DNA of 64,000 bases from contig JAXMNT010000021.1 in NCBI GenBank assembly GCA_034670305.1, positions 1 through 64,000 of the forward strand, written 5' to 3'. Shown here in pieces: positions 18,599 to 29,650 of the stretch. Position 1 is the stretch's first letter. The number at the start of each line of letters is the position of its first letter. Made by a program: the position numbers and the translations under genes. This stretch comes from Deltaproteobacteria bacterium. GTDB lineage: Bacteria > Myxococcota_A > Polyangia > Polyangiales > Houyiibacteriaceae. The notes under the pieces are model-generated. The model did not search any database. It saw only the letters and a program-made list of their open reading frames with translations, and was not told where the DNA came from.

Positions 18599-19789
18599 AT
18601 GGACCTGAATGTCGAGAAGGCCCGAAGCTTCTTTCCGCAGCTCGAAGACGGGCTGATCTACTTCGAGAACGCAGGTGGATCGTACGTGGCGCGCCCAGTC
18701 GTCGACCGGCTGACGACGTACCTCACCGACAGCCGGGTCCAGCCGGAGTGGGGCTTCGCGTCGGCCAAGCGGGCCAAGCCGCGCCGCGACGCCGGTCTAC
18801 AGTCCGCCGCTGCGCTCATGGGGTGCGATGTGGTCGATGTGCTGGTCGGCCACTCGACGACCAACCACGTCTACGTGTGTTCGCATGCGCTCGCGGGCCA
18901 CTTGAAGGGGCACGCGATCGTCGTCACCGATCAAGACCACGAAGCCAACTCGGGTGCGTGGCGGCGGCTCGCCGAACGCGGCGTGGAGGTGCGGGTCTGG
19001 CCGGTCTCCAAGACGACCGGTGGGCTGGAACTCGACGCGCTTCGGCCGCTGCTCGACGAGAGCGTGCGGCTGGTCTGCATGCCGCACGTCTCCAACGTGA
19101 TCGGGGAGATCAACCCGGTGCGCGACGTCGCCGATCTCGCGCATGCGGTCGGCGCCAAACTCTTCGTCGACGGCGTCGCCTACGCACCGCACCGCCGCGT
19201 CGATGTGAAGGCGCTCGGCGCCGACTTCTACGTGTTCAGCGCCTACAAGGTGTACGGCCCGCACGTGGGTCTCCTCTACGTCGCGCCCGAGATGCGGCCG
19301 CATCTGGAGAACCAGAACCACTTCTTCCTCGGCGGCATCGGACTCAAGTCGGTCAACCCCGGCGGCCAGCAGTACGAACAGCTCGCCGCGCTTGCGGGCG
19401 TGACCGACTACTTCGATGCGATGCGCGGGGACCACTCACTCAAGGTGCTCTTCGACGCGTTCGCCGCCCACGAGACGACGCTGCTCGCCGCGATGCTCGA
19501 AGGGCTGCAGGCCCGCGGCTGTACGATCGTCGGACCGAGTGCACCCGACCGCGGCACGCGGGTGCCGACGATCGCGTTCACCCCCAACGCCGCGATGGGG
19601 TCTCCAAACGACGTGGCGCAGGGCCTCGCACAACGGGGCATCGCGACCGGCGCCGCCCACTTCTACGCGCCGCGGGTGCTCGAATCGCTCGGGCTCGATC
19701 TCGAAGTCGGCGTGTGCCGAGCGAGCCTCGTGCACACCAGCACGCTCGACGAAGTCGCGCGCTTCTTCAGCGCGCTCGACGAACTCTAG
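18599..19789 (+). CDS. Class V PLP aminotransferase / cysteine desulfurase-like protein
   Basis: YFENAGGS, DHEAN, VDGVAYAPH, FSAYKVYGPH (PLP Lys). Confidence 0.9.
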   Translation: MDLNVEKARSFFPQLEDGLIYFENAGGSYVARPVVDRLTTYLTDSRVQPEWGFASAKRAKPRRDAGLQSAAALMGCDVVDVLVGHSTTNHVYVCSHALAGHLKGHAIVVTDQDHEANSGAWRRLAERGVEVRVWPVSKTTGGLELDALRPLLDESVRLVCMPHVSNVIGEINPVRDVADLAHAVGAKLFVDGVAYAPHRRVDVKALGADFYVFSAYKVYGPHVGLLYVAPEMRPHLENQNHFFLGGIGLKSVNPGGQQYEQLAALAGVTDYFDAMRGDHSLKVLFDAFAAHETTLLAAMLEGLQARGCTIVGPSAPDRGTRVPTIAFTPNAAMGSPNDVAQGLAQRGIATGAAHFYAPRVLESLGLDLEVGVCRASLVHTSTLDEVARFFSALDEL

Positions 19790-19820
19790 CCTTCACCGCA
19801 GGTTCTTCACCGAGCGCCGA

Positions 19821-20639
19821 TCAGCAGCCGATTTCGTCGGTGGAGCCGTCGCAGTCGTCGTCCATGCCGTTGCAGGACTCCGGCGTCGGAGAGATCGAAC
19901 ACGGGGAGAACGCGCCGCCAACGCACATCGTGGTGCCGGCCGCGCAGACGCCAGGCTGTTCGCAGCCACGGCTCTCTCCGTCCGTGCACTCGCAGCCTTC
20001 GTCGACGGCGCCGTCGCAGTCTTCGTCGGTGCCGCCGTCGCACCGCTCGAGGCTCGACGGGTTCACGCTGGGCAACGCGTCGTCGCAGTCCGTCATGTTC
20101 TCGACGTAGCCGTCCGGTCGTGTGCACGCCGCCAGCGCGTCGGCCGCGTCGCCGAAGCCGTCGGAGTCGCTGTCGCGGTAGTAGGTGAACGAAACGCCTT
20201 CGTCGATTCGTTCGTCGCAGTCGTTGTCCACCGCGTCGCACGCTTCGCTGAGCAGGGGCGAGCGAAGCGGATCCATGTCGTCGCAGTCCGCACCCCCACA
20301 CGTCATCGAGATCGCGCTGTCGCCGTCTTGGTCCCCGCGCAGGTCACACTCGGTCGGACACCGGCCGAGGTCTTCGCTGCACTCGTCTTCGCCGCAGTCG
20401 AGGGGCGTGCCCTCCATGCATCCGATCTCGTCAGCGCCGAGGCCTGGCTCGCAGACTTCGGTGCCGTTGCAGGCCACTCCGTCGTCGCAGTCGAGGTCGC
20501 GGGTACAGCGTGCGGGCCCGGCGTCCCGGGTGCCGACGTCGCGGAAGCGCGGGGCGTCGGCGCCGGCGTCCACCATGAACGCGTCGTCGTCTCCGCACCC
20601 GAAGCACACGAAAGAGAGGAGGAGCATCCAGCGGGTCAT
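19821..20639 (-). CDS. Lipoprotein with repeated putative metal-binding (DCDD..E.CDG.DNDCDG) motifs
   Basis: Lipobox CFGC; three to four repeats; ATGA coupling. Confidence 0.85.
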   Translation of the reverse strand: MTRWMLLLSFVCFGCGDDDAFMVDAGADAPRFRDVGTRDAGPARCTRDLDCDDGVACNGTEVCEPGLGADEIGCMEGTPLDCGEDECSEDLGRCPTECDLRGDQDGDSAISMTCGGADCDDMDPLRSPLLSEACDAVDNDCDERIDEGVSFTYYRDSDSDGFGDAADALAACTRPDGYVENMTDCDDALPSVNPSSLERCDGGTDEDCDGAVDEGCECTDGESRGCEQPGVCAAGTTMCVGGAFSPCSISPTPESCNGMDDDCDGSTDEIGC

Positions 20640-21217
20640 GCGATCTCCTGGATGGTGGCGACGGTGTCGCGAAGCTCCTCGAGCAACGGATGCGACCAGT
20701 TGTGGCCGAGCGCTTCGACGACTTGCGCGTAGTACCAGAGCGACCCTTCTTTGCCGGCGGTGAAACGCGACCAGAGATCCGCGCCGACCGCGCCACGCAG
20801 GTCGCGCACGATCGATCGTGCGTTGTGGAGTTTGTCCGCGGCGCTGACGAGCTTGAGATCGTGCGGCTCGTCGCGCAGGTGTTGTAGGTACGCGACCTTG
20901 CGCGCCTTCCACGGAGGCTTCGGCAGCTCGGTCGAATCGCTCAGCGCCTCCACCATCGTCCGCACGCGGACCCCGAAGCGGGCTTCGAGATCGTCCGCGT
21001 CCGCACCTTCGATGTCCTCGAGGTAGTCGTGCAGGACCGCGGCGATCATCTGGTCCTCGTCTCCGCCATGTTCGCCGACGGTCACCATCACCTGGAGCAG
21101 GTGGGTCAGGTACGGCACGCCCGAACCCTTCCGGATGTGGGTGCGGAACGCGTCCGCGGCCAGCGCGAGGGCTTCGTCGAGTTTCGGGGTGTAGCGGTCG
21201 GAATCGGTGGCAGGCAC
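20636..21217 (-). CDS. Stand-alone RelA/SpoT-type HD hydrolase (small alarmone hydrolase/Mesh1-like)
   Basis: RKGSGVPYLTH, AAVLHDYLED, ADKLHNARS. Confidence 0.88.
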   Translation of the reverse strand: MPATDSDRYTPKLDEALALAADAFRTHIRKGSGVPYLTHLLQVMVTVGEHGGDEDQMIAAVLHDYLEDIEGADADDLEARFGVRVRTMVEALSDSTELPKPPWKARKVAYLQHLRDEPHDLKLVSAADKLHNARSIVRDLRGAVGADLWSRFTAGKEGSLWYYAQVVEALGHNWSHPLLEELRDTVATIQEIA

Positions 21218-21424
21218 CCGCGCAAACTAGCCCAAATCGCGGCTCTGTGACCTCGAAGCGACGCGCCGGCTGGCGGTGGCACGAACGAACGAACGTTCTC
21301 ACCCGCGACAACTGTGTCGTGGTCGACCCGAAGAGGGTCTCACCGTTGCCGCAGTTTCTTGCCCAAATGGGACCCAAGGATGCAGAACGGAGATGGTTCG
21401 AACATTGCACAGTTGAGGGGCACG

Positions 21425-21781
21425 ATGGCCAGAGCAAGACGACGGTTGAGGGGAGAGCGGGTCACCACGGGTGATCGCGTCGGCGTCCTCAAGCGGCGTG
21501 CGGCCCGGCTCTCGCGGCGCGGCGACTCCCGCAAGGCCCTCGTTGCGCTGCGGCAGATGGTCGCGCTCGGTGGTCAGGCCCGTCATTGGGTCCAACTCGG
21601 CGATGCCCTCCGGCGTGCGCGGAAACACCCGGAGGCGCTTCATGCGCTCAAACAGGGGCTGTTCCTCCATGAGCGGGAAGGCAACCCGGCCCGGGCCGCG
21701 ACGGTCGCCCGGCTGATTTTGGCGGTGGATCCATGCTGTTCCGCCGCCTCGAAGTGTCTCGATCGGGCAGCGAGAAACTGA
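21425..21781 (+). CDS. Small basic TPR-like protein
   Basis: HWVQLGDALRRARKHPEALHALKQG TPR-like helices; GAGGGG SD. Confidence 0.65.
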   Translation: MARARRRLRGERVTTGDRVGVLKRRAARLSRRGDSRKALVALRQMVALGGQARHWVQLGDALRRARKHPEALHALKQGLFLHEREGNPARAATVARLILAVDPCCSAASKCLDRAARN

Positions 21782-21833
21782 CGTGAACGCCTCAACCCAC
21801 GGTCCAAGGGTGGTGCTGGGCACCGAGCGGACC

Positions 21834-21839
21834 TATGAT
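21834..21839 (+). promoter_or_regulatory. Putative -10 element (TATGAT)
   Basis: Near-consensus -10 box directly ahead of the structured region. Confidence 0.45.
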
Positions 21840-21846
21840 GATGCTC

Positions 21847-22217
21847 ATGACGGTTCCACCGTCTTTGAGTCGGCAAGGGGGTTGGGCTTCGGCCCCGCAT
21901 TGGTGCGAAATCCCGGTGAGCTTCGTTGCTCCCGAGAGCGCCGGTTCCTCCGGGAACCCCTTTGTCCAAATGGGGGCGTCAATTCTGGCGTCCTCCGACC
22001 ACGAAAGCCCTGTCAGGGTCTGGCCACGTGCCAGAGACCCGAGGGCCACCGGCCTTAGCCGGGGGAGGCAAAGCCCAATGGACTGTACCTATTTGTTCGA
22101 GCTCTCGATGGGGGTCCAGGCGTCCTAACGCGCCTTCCCGGCAACTCTCATAGGGTTGTCTGACCCCTACGGAGGTCGACGAAAGAGGCGATGGCCCGGT
22201 GGCTGTCGCCTCTTTTT
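21847..22217 (+). ncRNA. Candidate large structured ncRNA (unassigned)
   Basis: Nested stems with G-U pairs, C(UUCG)G and C(UACG)G tetraloops on + strand, -10 box upstream, terminator downstream. Confidence 0.6.
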
Positions 22218-22220
22218 ATT
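22182..22220 (+). terminator. Rho-independent terminator
   Basis: AAAGAGGCGATGGCC-CGGT-GGCTGTCGCCTCTTT followed by TTATT. Confidence 0.85.
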
Positions 22221-22257
22221 CCGTCGCCCCCGCGCAAAGACAGGCGAGGTGCCTGGG

Positions 22258-22325
22258 GTGCGAGATGCCCTCGGTAGAAGAGTTCGAGCCCCGCAAAGAC
22301 CGGTGTGCGAGATGCCCTCGGTAGA
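22258..22325. repeat. Two 21-bp direct repeats GTGCGAGATGCCCTCGGTAGA
   Basis: Copies at 22258-22278 and 22305-22325. Confidence 0.9.
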
Positions 22326-22450
22326 GCGAGCCTGAAACCGGATGATTGGTCGGACCAATGCGGCGCCTGTATCACCTTCGATGGTGGACGAAGCGTGCGC
22401 AAATTCCAGCCAGCCCCCGAACCGGGTAGAAAACCAACTAGGGTTGCAGC

Positions 22451-23356
22451 GTGCGCATTCTCTTCTGTGGAACCGGTTGGCCCGAGATCGTGCCTTTCAT
22501 TCAGCGGCGTCTCGGCGAGGGCCACGAGGTCCTGCTGCGCGACATGAGCCGTCCGCTCGTCGAACAGGTCGCGGACGTCGACGTCCTGTTGCCCTCGAAC
22601 GGGCACGTCACCGCCGAGGTCGTCGCGGCGGCTTCCAAGCTCCGGCTGATCCAGCAGCCGGCCGCCGGGTTCGAAGGCATCGACCTCGAGGCGGCGCGAG
22701 AGAGGGACGTTCCGGTGTGCAACGCGCCGGCGAAGAATGCGAACGCCGTCGCCGAAGCCGCCCTGCTCCTGATGCTGATGATCGCCCGCCGGGTGCCCGA
22801 AGCGCGGCGGGCATTCGCCGCCCGCGAACTCGGTCGACCGGTCGGGCGCGAACTGCGCGGTCGCCGGCTCGGCATCGTCGGCTTCGGCCAGACCGGGCGC
22901 GCGCTGGAACGGAGCGCGCAGGCACTCGGCCTCGAAGTCCGTGGCGTGGGGTCGCGGGGCGGCCGGCCAGGGTTGCTCCAGCTGCTCGGCTGGGCAGACA
23001 TCGTCAGCCTTCACCTGCCGCTGACCGCGGAGACGCGGGGGCTCATGGACGCCGAGGCCTTCGCGGCGATGCGGGAAGGATCCTGGTTCATCAACTGCGC
23101 GCGCGGAGGCATCGTGGACGCGAAGGCGCTCTCCGAGGCGCTGGCCGGTGGGCGGCTCGACGGGGTCGGACTCGACGTGCACGCGGTGGAACCGGCGGAT
23201 CCGACCGACCCGATCTACGCCGACGATCGGGTGGTGGCGCTGCCGCACGTCGCCGGGTCGAGCGAGCCTGCCTTCGTCGCGATCGCGGAGGTCGTCGGCG
23301 CCAACATCGAGCGGCTCGCCGCGGGCGAGTCGTTGCTGCACCGGGTGGACCGCTAG
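22451..23356 (+). CDS. D-isomer-specific 2-hydroxyacid dehydrogenase
   Basis: GIVGFGQTG, SLHLPLT, INCARGG, GLDV and PHVAG motifs. Confidence 0.93.
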   Translation: MRILFCGTGWPEIVPFIQRRLGEGHEVLLRDMSRPLVEQVADVDVLLPSNGHVTAEVVAAASKLRLIQQPAAGFEGIDLEAARERDVPVCNAPAKNANAVAEAALLLMLMIARRVPEARRAFAARELGRPVGRELRGRRLGIVGFGQTGRALERSAQALGLEVRGVGSRGGRPGLLQLLGWADIVSLHLPLTAETRGLMDAEAFAAMREGSWFINCARGGIVDAKALSEALAGGRLDGVGLDVHAVEPADPTDPIYADDRVVALPHVAGSSEPAFVAIAEVVGANIERLAAGESLLHRVDR

Positions 23357-23496
23357 GTTCGACCACGGTTCGACCACGGGCCTCTTCGCCGAAAACGGTC
23401 CACACTGCATGTCGGTGCGGTGGGAGTCGCACCCCTCTTGTGTTCAGCGCGGCCCCCGAACGGCGCGCTTTCGATTCCTTGGTGGGAGACTTTGCG

Positions 23497-24594
23497 ATGA
23501 CGAAACGAATGGCTTGGGTGTGTGGCCTGGCGATGGCGATGGCCTGCAGTGGCAAGGACGGTCCGCCCGATGAGATGGACGCCGGCGGCACCGACACCGG
23601 CAGCCGTGTGGACACCGGTACGACCGAAGACGGCGGTCCGGCCGACGACGTCGGCACCATCGAAGACTCGGGTACGACCGAAGACGGCGGCACCGCGGAC
23701 GCGGACACGACCGCGGACACCGGCGGTGCGGATGCGAACCCTGGCTGCACGACGGAAGCCGGCTGCGACGAAGCGGACTACTGCGCATGGGGCGGAAGCT
23801 GCGGCGCCGGCGAACCCGGCATGTGCCGCGAGCGACCCGAAGTCTGCACCGCGGACTGTCCAGGCGTGTGCGGCTGCGACGGCAGCTTCTACTGCAACGC
23901 GTGTGTGGCTGCGCGCAACGGCGTGGACGTCGACGACGAAGGCTCCTGCACCGAGCCGGGCCCCTGCGACGCGCAGGACATCGAGGTGACCGGCGCGTGC
24001 GAACGCTTCTTTGGCTGGTCGTGGAACGGCCGCGACTGCCGCGGCAACAGCGGCTGCGAGTGCACGGGCACCGACTGCGACTCGTTCTTCGAGTCCGAAG
24101 ACGCCTGCCTTGCCGTGTACGGCCGATGTGGATCGACCGGCGGAACCTGTGGCGGTATCACGGGCGCGATCTGCCGCCCGTCGGAATGGTGCGACTACGA
24201 GATGTGTGGCGTGGCCGACGGCATCGGCACCTGCCGCCCGCGTCCGGAAGCCTGCCTCGACGTCTACGATCCGGTCTGTGGCTGCGACGGCCGCACCTAC
24301 AGCAACGACTGCTACGCGCACAGCGCGGGCGCGGACGTCGCATCCGACGGCGAGTGCGCCGCGGTCGATGGCGACTGCGGCGGGCGGGCCTGCACCGACC
24401 GCGAGTTCTGCGACTACGACGTGGACCTCGCCTGCAGTGGCGACGGAGTCTGCACGGCGCGACCGGAAGTCTGTCCGTTCGTGTTCGCACCGGTCTGCGG
24501 GTGCGACGGACGCACGTACGACAACGACTGCTTCGCGAACTCGAGCGGCTTCGACTACGCCGCCCGTGGCGCCTGCGGCCCGCCCGACGCCTGA
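23497..24594 (+). CDS. Kazal-like domain Cys-rich lipoprotein
   Basis: Lipobox AMAC; three PEvC..y.PVCGCDGxTYxNxC repeats. Confidence 0.88.
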   Translation: MTKRMAWVCGLAMAMACSGKDGPPDEMDAGGTDTGSRVDTGTTEDGGPADDVGTIEDSGTTEDGGTADADTTADTGGADANPGCTTEAGCDEADYCAWGGSCGAGEPGMCRERPEVCTADCPGVCGCDGSFYCNACVAARNGVDVDDEGSCTEPGPCDAQDIEVTGACERFFGWSWNGRDCRGNSGCECTGTDCDSFFESEDACLAVYGRCGSTGGTCGGITGAICRPSEWCDYEMCGVADGIGTCRPRPEACLDVYDPVCGCDGRTYSNDCYAHSAGADVASDGECAAVDGDCGGRACTDREFCDYDVDLACSGDGVCTARPEVCPFVFAPVCGCDGRTYDNDCFANSSGFDYAARGACGPPDA

Positions 24595-24622
24595 ACGAGC
24601 CTCCCGCGCGAGAGAGGATAGC

Positions 24623-24657
24623 GAGAACCCCGTACGCGAGACGCGCACGGGGTTCTC
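24623..24657. terminator. Hairpin between convergent genes
   Basis: GAGAACCCCGT..ACGGGGTTCTC inverted repeat. Confidence 0.6.
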
Positions 24658-24690
24658 TGGGTTTGGGGATGGAGGGAGTTCGTGGGAGGG

Positions 24691-26112
<1,422 letters not shown>

Positions 26113-26251
26113 GGGTGTCTCCGGTTTCTGGTTGGTCGGCGCTCCGGAGAAGTTCCGGTTCCGACCCCCGCGTTGTGGCGGCCTACGGATTCCTTCCTGG
26201 GTCGCGCGGGCGACAACTCGGCAACGCAACGGGTCATCCAGGTGACGGCCC

Positions 26252-29206
26252 TCAGTACGCGTACGAAGCACCCAGCGTGATGCTCATGCCCGGGTCGTAG
26301 CCGCGCGTCTCGAGGTTGGCTTGCATCAGCCGCTCCCGCTGCAGCGCGATGTTGCGGACCGCGCCAGTGAGCGCGACCTGTTCGGTCACGTTCCACCGGA
26401 CCTGCAGGTCCAGTTGGTGCAGCGGCTGCCGGTACGAGTCCGGCAAACCGTTGGTGCCCACCTCTTCGAGCCGTGGACCCGAGACGTTGTAGAAGACGTA
26501 GGCGCTGATCCGTTCGTTCGGCTGGTACCCGACCGAGAGGTTCACCACCCACGGCGATTGGAACGCGAGTGGCCGCTCGGCCGAGGTGGCGGCGATGCGC
26601 TGGGCCTCGTTGAGCTGCGCCTCCGATCGGACGAGGGTGAGGTTGCCGCCGACCGTCCACCCTTCGAGCCGCGGATGCACCCGTTTCAGATCGAGCCGCC
26701 CTTCGATCTCCACCCCGAGGTTGGTCGCGCCCTCGATGTTCTGGAACGACACCGTGCGGTTCGGATCGAGAATCACCATCTCGATGGGGTCGTCGAAGAT
26801 CTTCGCGAAGCCCGTGAAAGAGAGCACCTCGGTGCTGCTTGGGAACAACTCCCACCGCAGGTCGATGTTCTGGATCCGAGTACGGCGCACGTTCGGGTCG
26901 CCGAACTCGGTTCGGTTGCGCACGAAGTTCGGGAGCACGAGCCCGCTCAGTTCCCTGGCGCGGGGACGGGCCACGGTGATCGAGTACGAACCGCGAATGA
27001 AGAGATCGTCGGTGAGCTGGAACACGGCGCTCGCGGCCGGGAGCGGATCGACGTCGGTTCGGAATACCCGTCCCTCGTTCGATCGCGCCTCGTCCGAGAA
27101 GGTCGTGCCGGGGACCAGCACCTGCCGAAAGGCCTCCACGCGCGCGCCGGCGAACAAACGCAGCCACTCGACCGGCTGCACGTGCATCGCTGCATACGCT
27201 GCGAATTGGTCGGTGCTCGAGTCGTAGCCATCGTCCGGCGCCGTCACTTCGCGAAGGATCCACGCACCGCCGGTGCCGTAGTTCTCCGCCGCGAAGAGCT
27301 CGCTCGGAGGCAACCGGAAGTCCGCTGGATCCGAAGGGCGCGAGGTGCGCCGGTATTGGAAGCGCCGCACGCTGAAGGTGCTGTCCGCGCCGTGGTAGTT
27401 CAGCCCGAGATCGAGGCGGACGGTGCCCGCGTTGCGCCAGTCGTATCGGAGGTCGAGGCCGGCGCCGTAATCCTGCTGGTCGAGCTCCATGAAGAGCCGC
27501 TGCCCATCGGCGGGGTTGGTCGGCGCCCACTCGTAGCTGCGCGCGCTGCCATCGTCGTTGCGCCCCCACGGGTTCGCGTCCCAGCTCTGGTCCGCGGTCG
27601 AGGTCGGGGAGTAGCGGAAGTCGCGCGTGTCCGGCTCGTTCCGTCGCGCGAGCGCGGTCTCGACGTGCCACTTCACTTCGGCATCGCCAAAGGTGTGTCG
27701 ACCGCGGAGCTGGTTGAACCAGAGCGTGCGTTCTTCGAACTGGAGCCGGAACCGGAGCGCGGCTTCGTCGTTCGAGATGTTGTTGAGGATGCCGCGGTCG
27801 ATCGCCGTGTAGTTGGTCGCGCTCTGGTTGAAGAGGCTCGTGTAGGTGAGCGCGTGGTCGTCGCCGATCTCGAGCGTCGTGTGCAGCAGCCCGTACAGCC
27901 GCGCGCGCTCCTCGAACGACTCGCGCCGCATGTTGTCTTTGGCTTCGACTTCGGCGTCTGGGTCGCTCGAGACGGTGGGGGTGCGGACCGTCTCGACGCG
28001 CCGCTGCTGGTCGAGCGTCCATCCGGCCGCCGCGAAGACGCCGAGGTCGGTGCGTCCGAGATCGAACCGGTTGCCGATCGAGAGGCCGAGGCTTCGCAGC
28101 GGCATGTTGGCGGACTCGCGACGCAGTTCGAAGTCGGAGTCGAAGGCGGTCGACGCGGCCTGGCGCTCCTCGGCGTCGGGAATGGTCACCAGATCGAGCC
28201 GCCGGTCGCGCACTTCGTTCGGGAGATCGCGGGTCCCGTCGTCGAAGCCCAGCCGATCGAAGCGTCCACCGCGGTAGGTGGGCGCGTCGCGGAAGGTCGT
28301 CTCGCTGTTGTAGCCGAGGCCGATCGACGCGCCGAAGGTGAACTCTTCCGGGTACTGCTGCGTGGTCAACTGCATCACACCGCCGCCGAACGCGCCTGGC
28401 AGATCGGGGGTGAAGCTCTTGACGACCGCGATGCTCGAGAGGACCGCCGATGGGAAGAGATCGAGCTGCACGCCGGGCTCGTAAGGATCGAGCCGGGGCA
28501 GCAGCGCGCCGTCCAGCGTGACGTTGGTGTACCGCCCGCCCAGACCGCGCACATACAGGTAGCGCCCGCCGACCACCGTCGTGGCGACCACACGCCGCGC
28601 CGCCGAGGACGCTGAGCTGTCGCCCGCCCGGCGGATCTCCTCGGAGCTGACCGCATCCCGCACCGCCGCCGATCGGCGCCGGACCTGGAGCTGGGTGGCG
28701 GCCGTGTTGGTGTTCACACGGTAGCTGGTGACCACCGCCTCACCCATCGTGGAGGTGTCGAGGTGCAGCTCGATGTCGTCGAGGTAGGTGATCTCCCCTT
28801 CGCGAACTTCGACCTCTTCGAGGCGCGCGGGCGCGTAGAATTCTTCGACCACGCGGATCGTGTAGCGCCCGGGCGGGAGCTGAAACTGAAAGCGGCCTTC
28901 GCCTGTCGTGTCGACCTCGCGTCCGGTCTCGACGATCTGGACGCGGACCCGGTCGAGCGGGATGCGGCCGTTGTCGCCATCGAGCACGCGTCCGGTGACG
29001 CCGGTGTCCCCTTCGCCGAGTGCGTCCCCGAGGTCCACTGAGGCCCCTTCGCCCGCGACTTCCCCCTCCACGGGACCCTCCACGGGTCCTTCGACGGGCC
29101 CTTCGACGGGGCCTTCGATCGGCCCTTCGACGGGTTGGGCCATCGAGGATGCGGCGAGGCCGAGGCTCCCGAACAGGAGCACGGTGGAGGACAGGAGGTG
29201 ACGCAT
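26252..29206 (-). CDS. TonB-dependent receptor with N-terminal carboxypeptidase-regulatory-like domain
   Basis: Plug motif YVRGLGGRYTNVTLDG, LDLFPS; C-terminal aromatic strand; (PVEG)n linker. Confidence 0.93.
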   Translation of the reverse strand: MRHLLSSTVLLFGSLGLAASSMAQPVEGPIEGPVEGPVEGPVEGPVEGEVAGEGASVDLGDALGEGDTGVTGRVLDGDNGRIPLDRVRVQIVETGREVDTTGEGRFQFQLPPGRYTIRVVEEFYAPARLEEVEVREGEITYLDDIELHLDTSTMGEAVVTSYRVNTNTAATQLQVRRRSAAVRDAVSSEEIRRAGDSSASSAARRVVATTVVGGRYLYVRGLGGRYTNVTLDGALLPRLDPYEPGVQLDLFPSAVLSSIAVVKSFTPDLPGAFGGGVMQLTTQQYPEEFTFGASIGLGYNSETTFRDAPTYRGGRFDRLGFDDGTRDLPNEVRDRRLDLVTIPDAEERQAASTAFDSDFELRRESANMPLRSLGLSIGNRFDLGRTDLGVFAAAGWTLDQQRRVETVRTPTVSSDPDAEVEAKDNMRRESFEERARLYGLLHTTLEIGDDHALTYTSLFNQSATNYTAIDRGILNNISNDEAALRFRLQFEERTLWFNQLRGRHTFGDAEVKWHVETALARRNEPDTRDFRYSPTSTADQSWDANPWGRNDDGSARSYEWAPTNPADGQRLFMELDQQDYGAGLDLRYDWRNAGTVRLDLGLNYHGADSTFSVRRFQYRRTSRPSDPADFRLPPSELFAAENYGTGGAWILREVTAPDDGYDSSTDQFAAYAAMHVQPVEWLRLFAGARVEAFRQVLVPGTTFSDEARSNEGRVFRTDVDPLPAASAVFQLTDDLFIRGSYSITVARPRARELSGLVLPNFVRNRTEFGDPNVRRTRIQNIDLRWELFPSSTEVLSFTGFAKIFDDPIEMVILDPNRTVSFQNIEGATNLGVEIEGRLDLKRVHPRLEGWTVGGNLTLVRSEAQLNEAQRIAATSAERPLAFQSPWVVNLSVGYQPNERISAYVFYNVSGPRLEEVGTNGLPDSYRQPLHQLDLQVRWNVTEQVALTGAVRNIALQRERLMQANLETRGYDPGMSITLGASYAY

Positions 29207-29215
29207 GGGTGGTCC

Positions 29216-29647
29216 TTAGGGATCCGCGGGTTCGGTCATGACGGCGATCGTCGCGGCGCCGCCCGCGCGCGCGAGGTCCAGGGCTTCGGCTGCGCGCTCG
29301 AAGGCGACGTCGTCGTGGGCGTCGAAAAAGACTTTGCGGTCGTTGCGGGCCGCGAGGACGCGGGTCAGCTGGGTCGGAAAACGATCGTCCGAGATCACGT
29401 CGCGCTGGATTCGCAGCCGCCCCTCCGCGTTGACGCTCACGACCAACGGAACGGTGGGGTCGATCGCTTCGGCGGACAGGTCGTCCGTGTCGTCGGGAAT
29501 GTTCACCCAGAGCTGTTTGAACATCGCCGGGGTGATGACCATGAAGATGATCAGCAGCACGAGCACCACATCGACGAGCGGCGTGACGTTCATCTCGGGG
29601 GTGTGTCGGCCCTTTTTCTTCGGGCCGCTCGAGAGATCCATACCCAT
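29216..29647 (-). CDS. exbD: ExbD/TolR family protein
   Basis: MNVTPLVDVVLVLLIIFMV. Confidence 0.92.
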   Translation of the reverse strand: MGMDLSSGPKKKGRHTPEMNVTPLVDVVLVLLIIFMVITPAMFKQLWVNIPDDTDDLSAEAIDPTVPLVVSVNAEGRLRIQRDVISDDRFPTQLTRVLAARNDRKVFFDAHDDVAFERAAEALDLARAGGAATIAVMTEPADP

Positions 29648-29650
29648 CGT

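Noticed and set aside
21835-22128. 97-aa ORF within the structured region
   Set aside because: Many A/T-ending codons unlike host genes and no recognisable motif; kept only as an alternative to the ncRNA model
21847-22217. RNase P RNA, tmRNA, SAM/glycine/cobalamin riboswitch or retron msr-msd
   Set aside because: Diagnostic motifs are absent or in the wrong order, and no reverse transcriptase is nearby
22258-22325. Possible mini-CRISPR
   Set aside because: Only two 21-bp non-palindromic repeats; the spacer shares sequence with the flank; no cas genes
23357-23380. 11-bp tandem duplication GTTCGACCACG
   Set aside because: Too short and isolated to interpret
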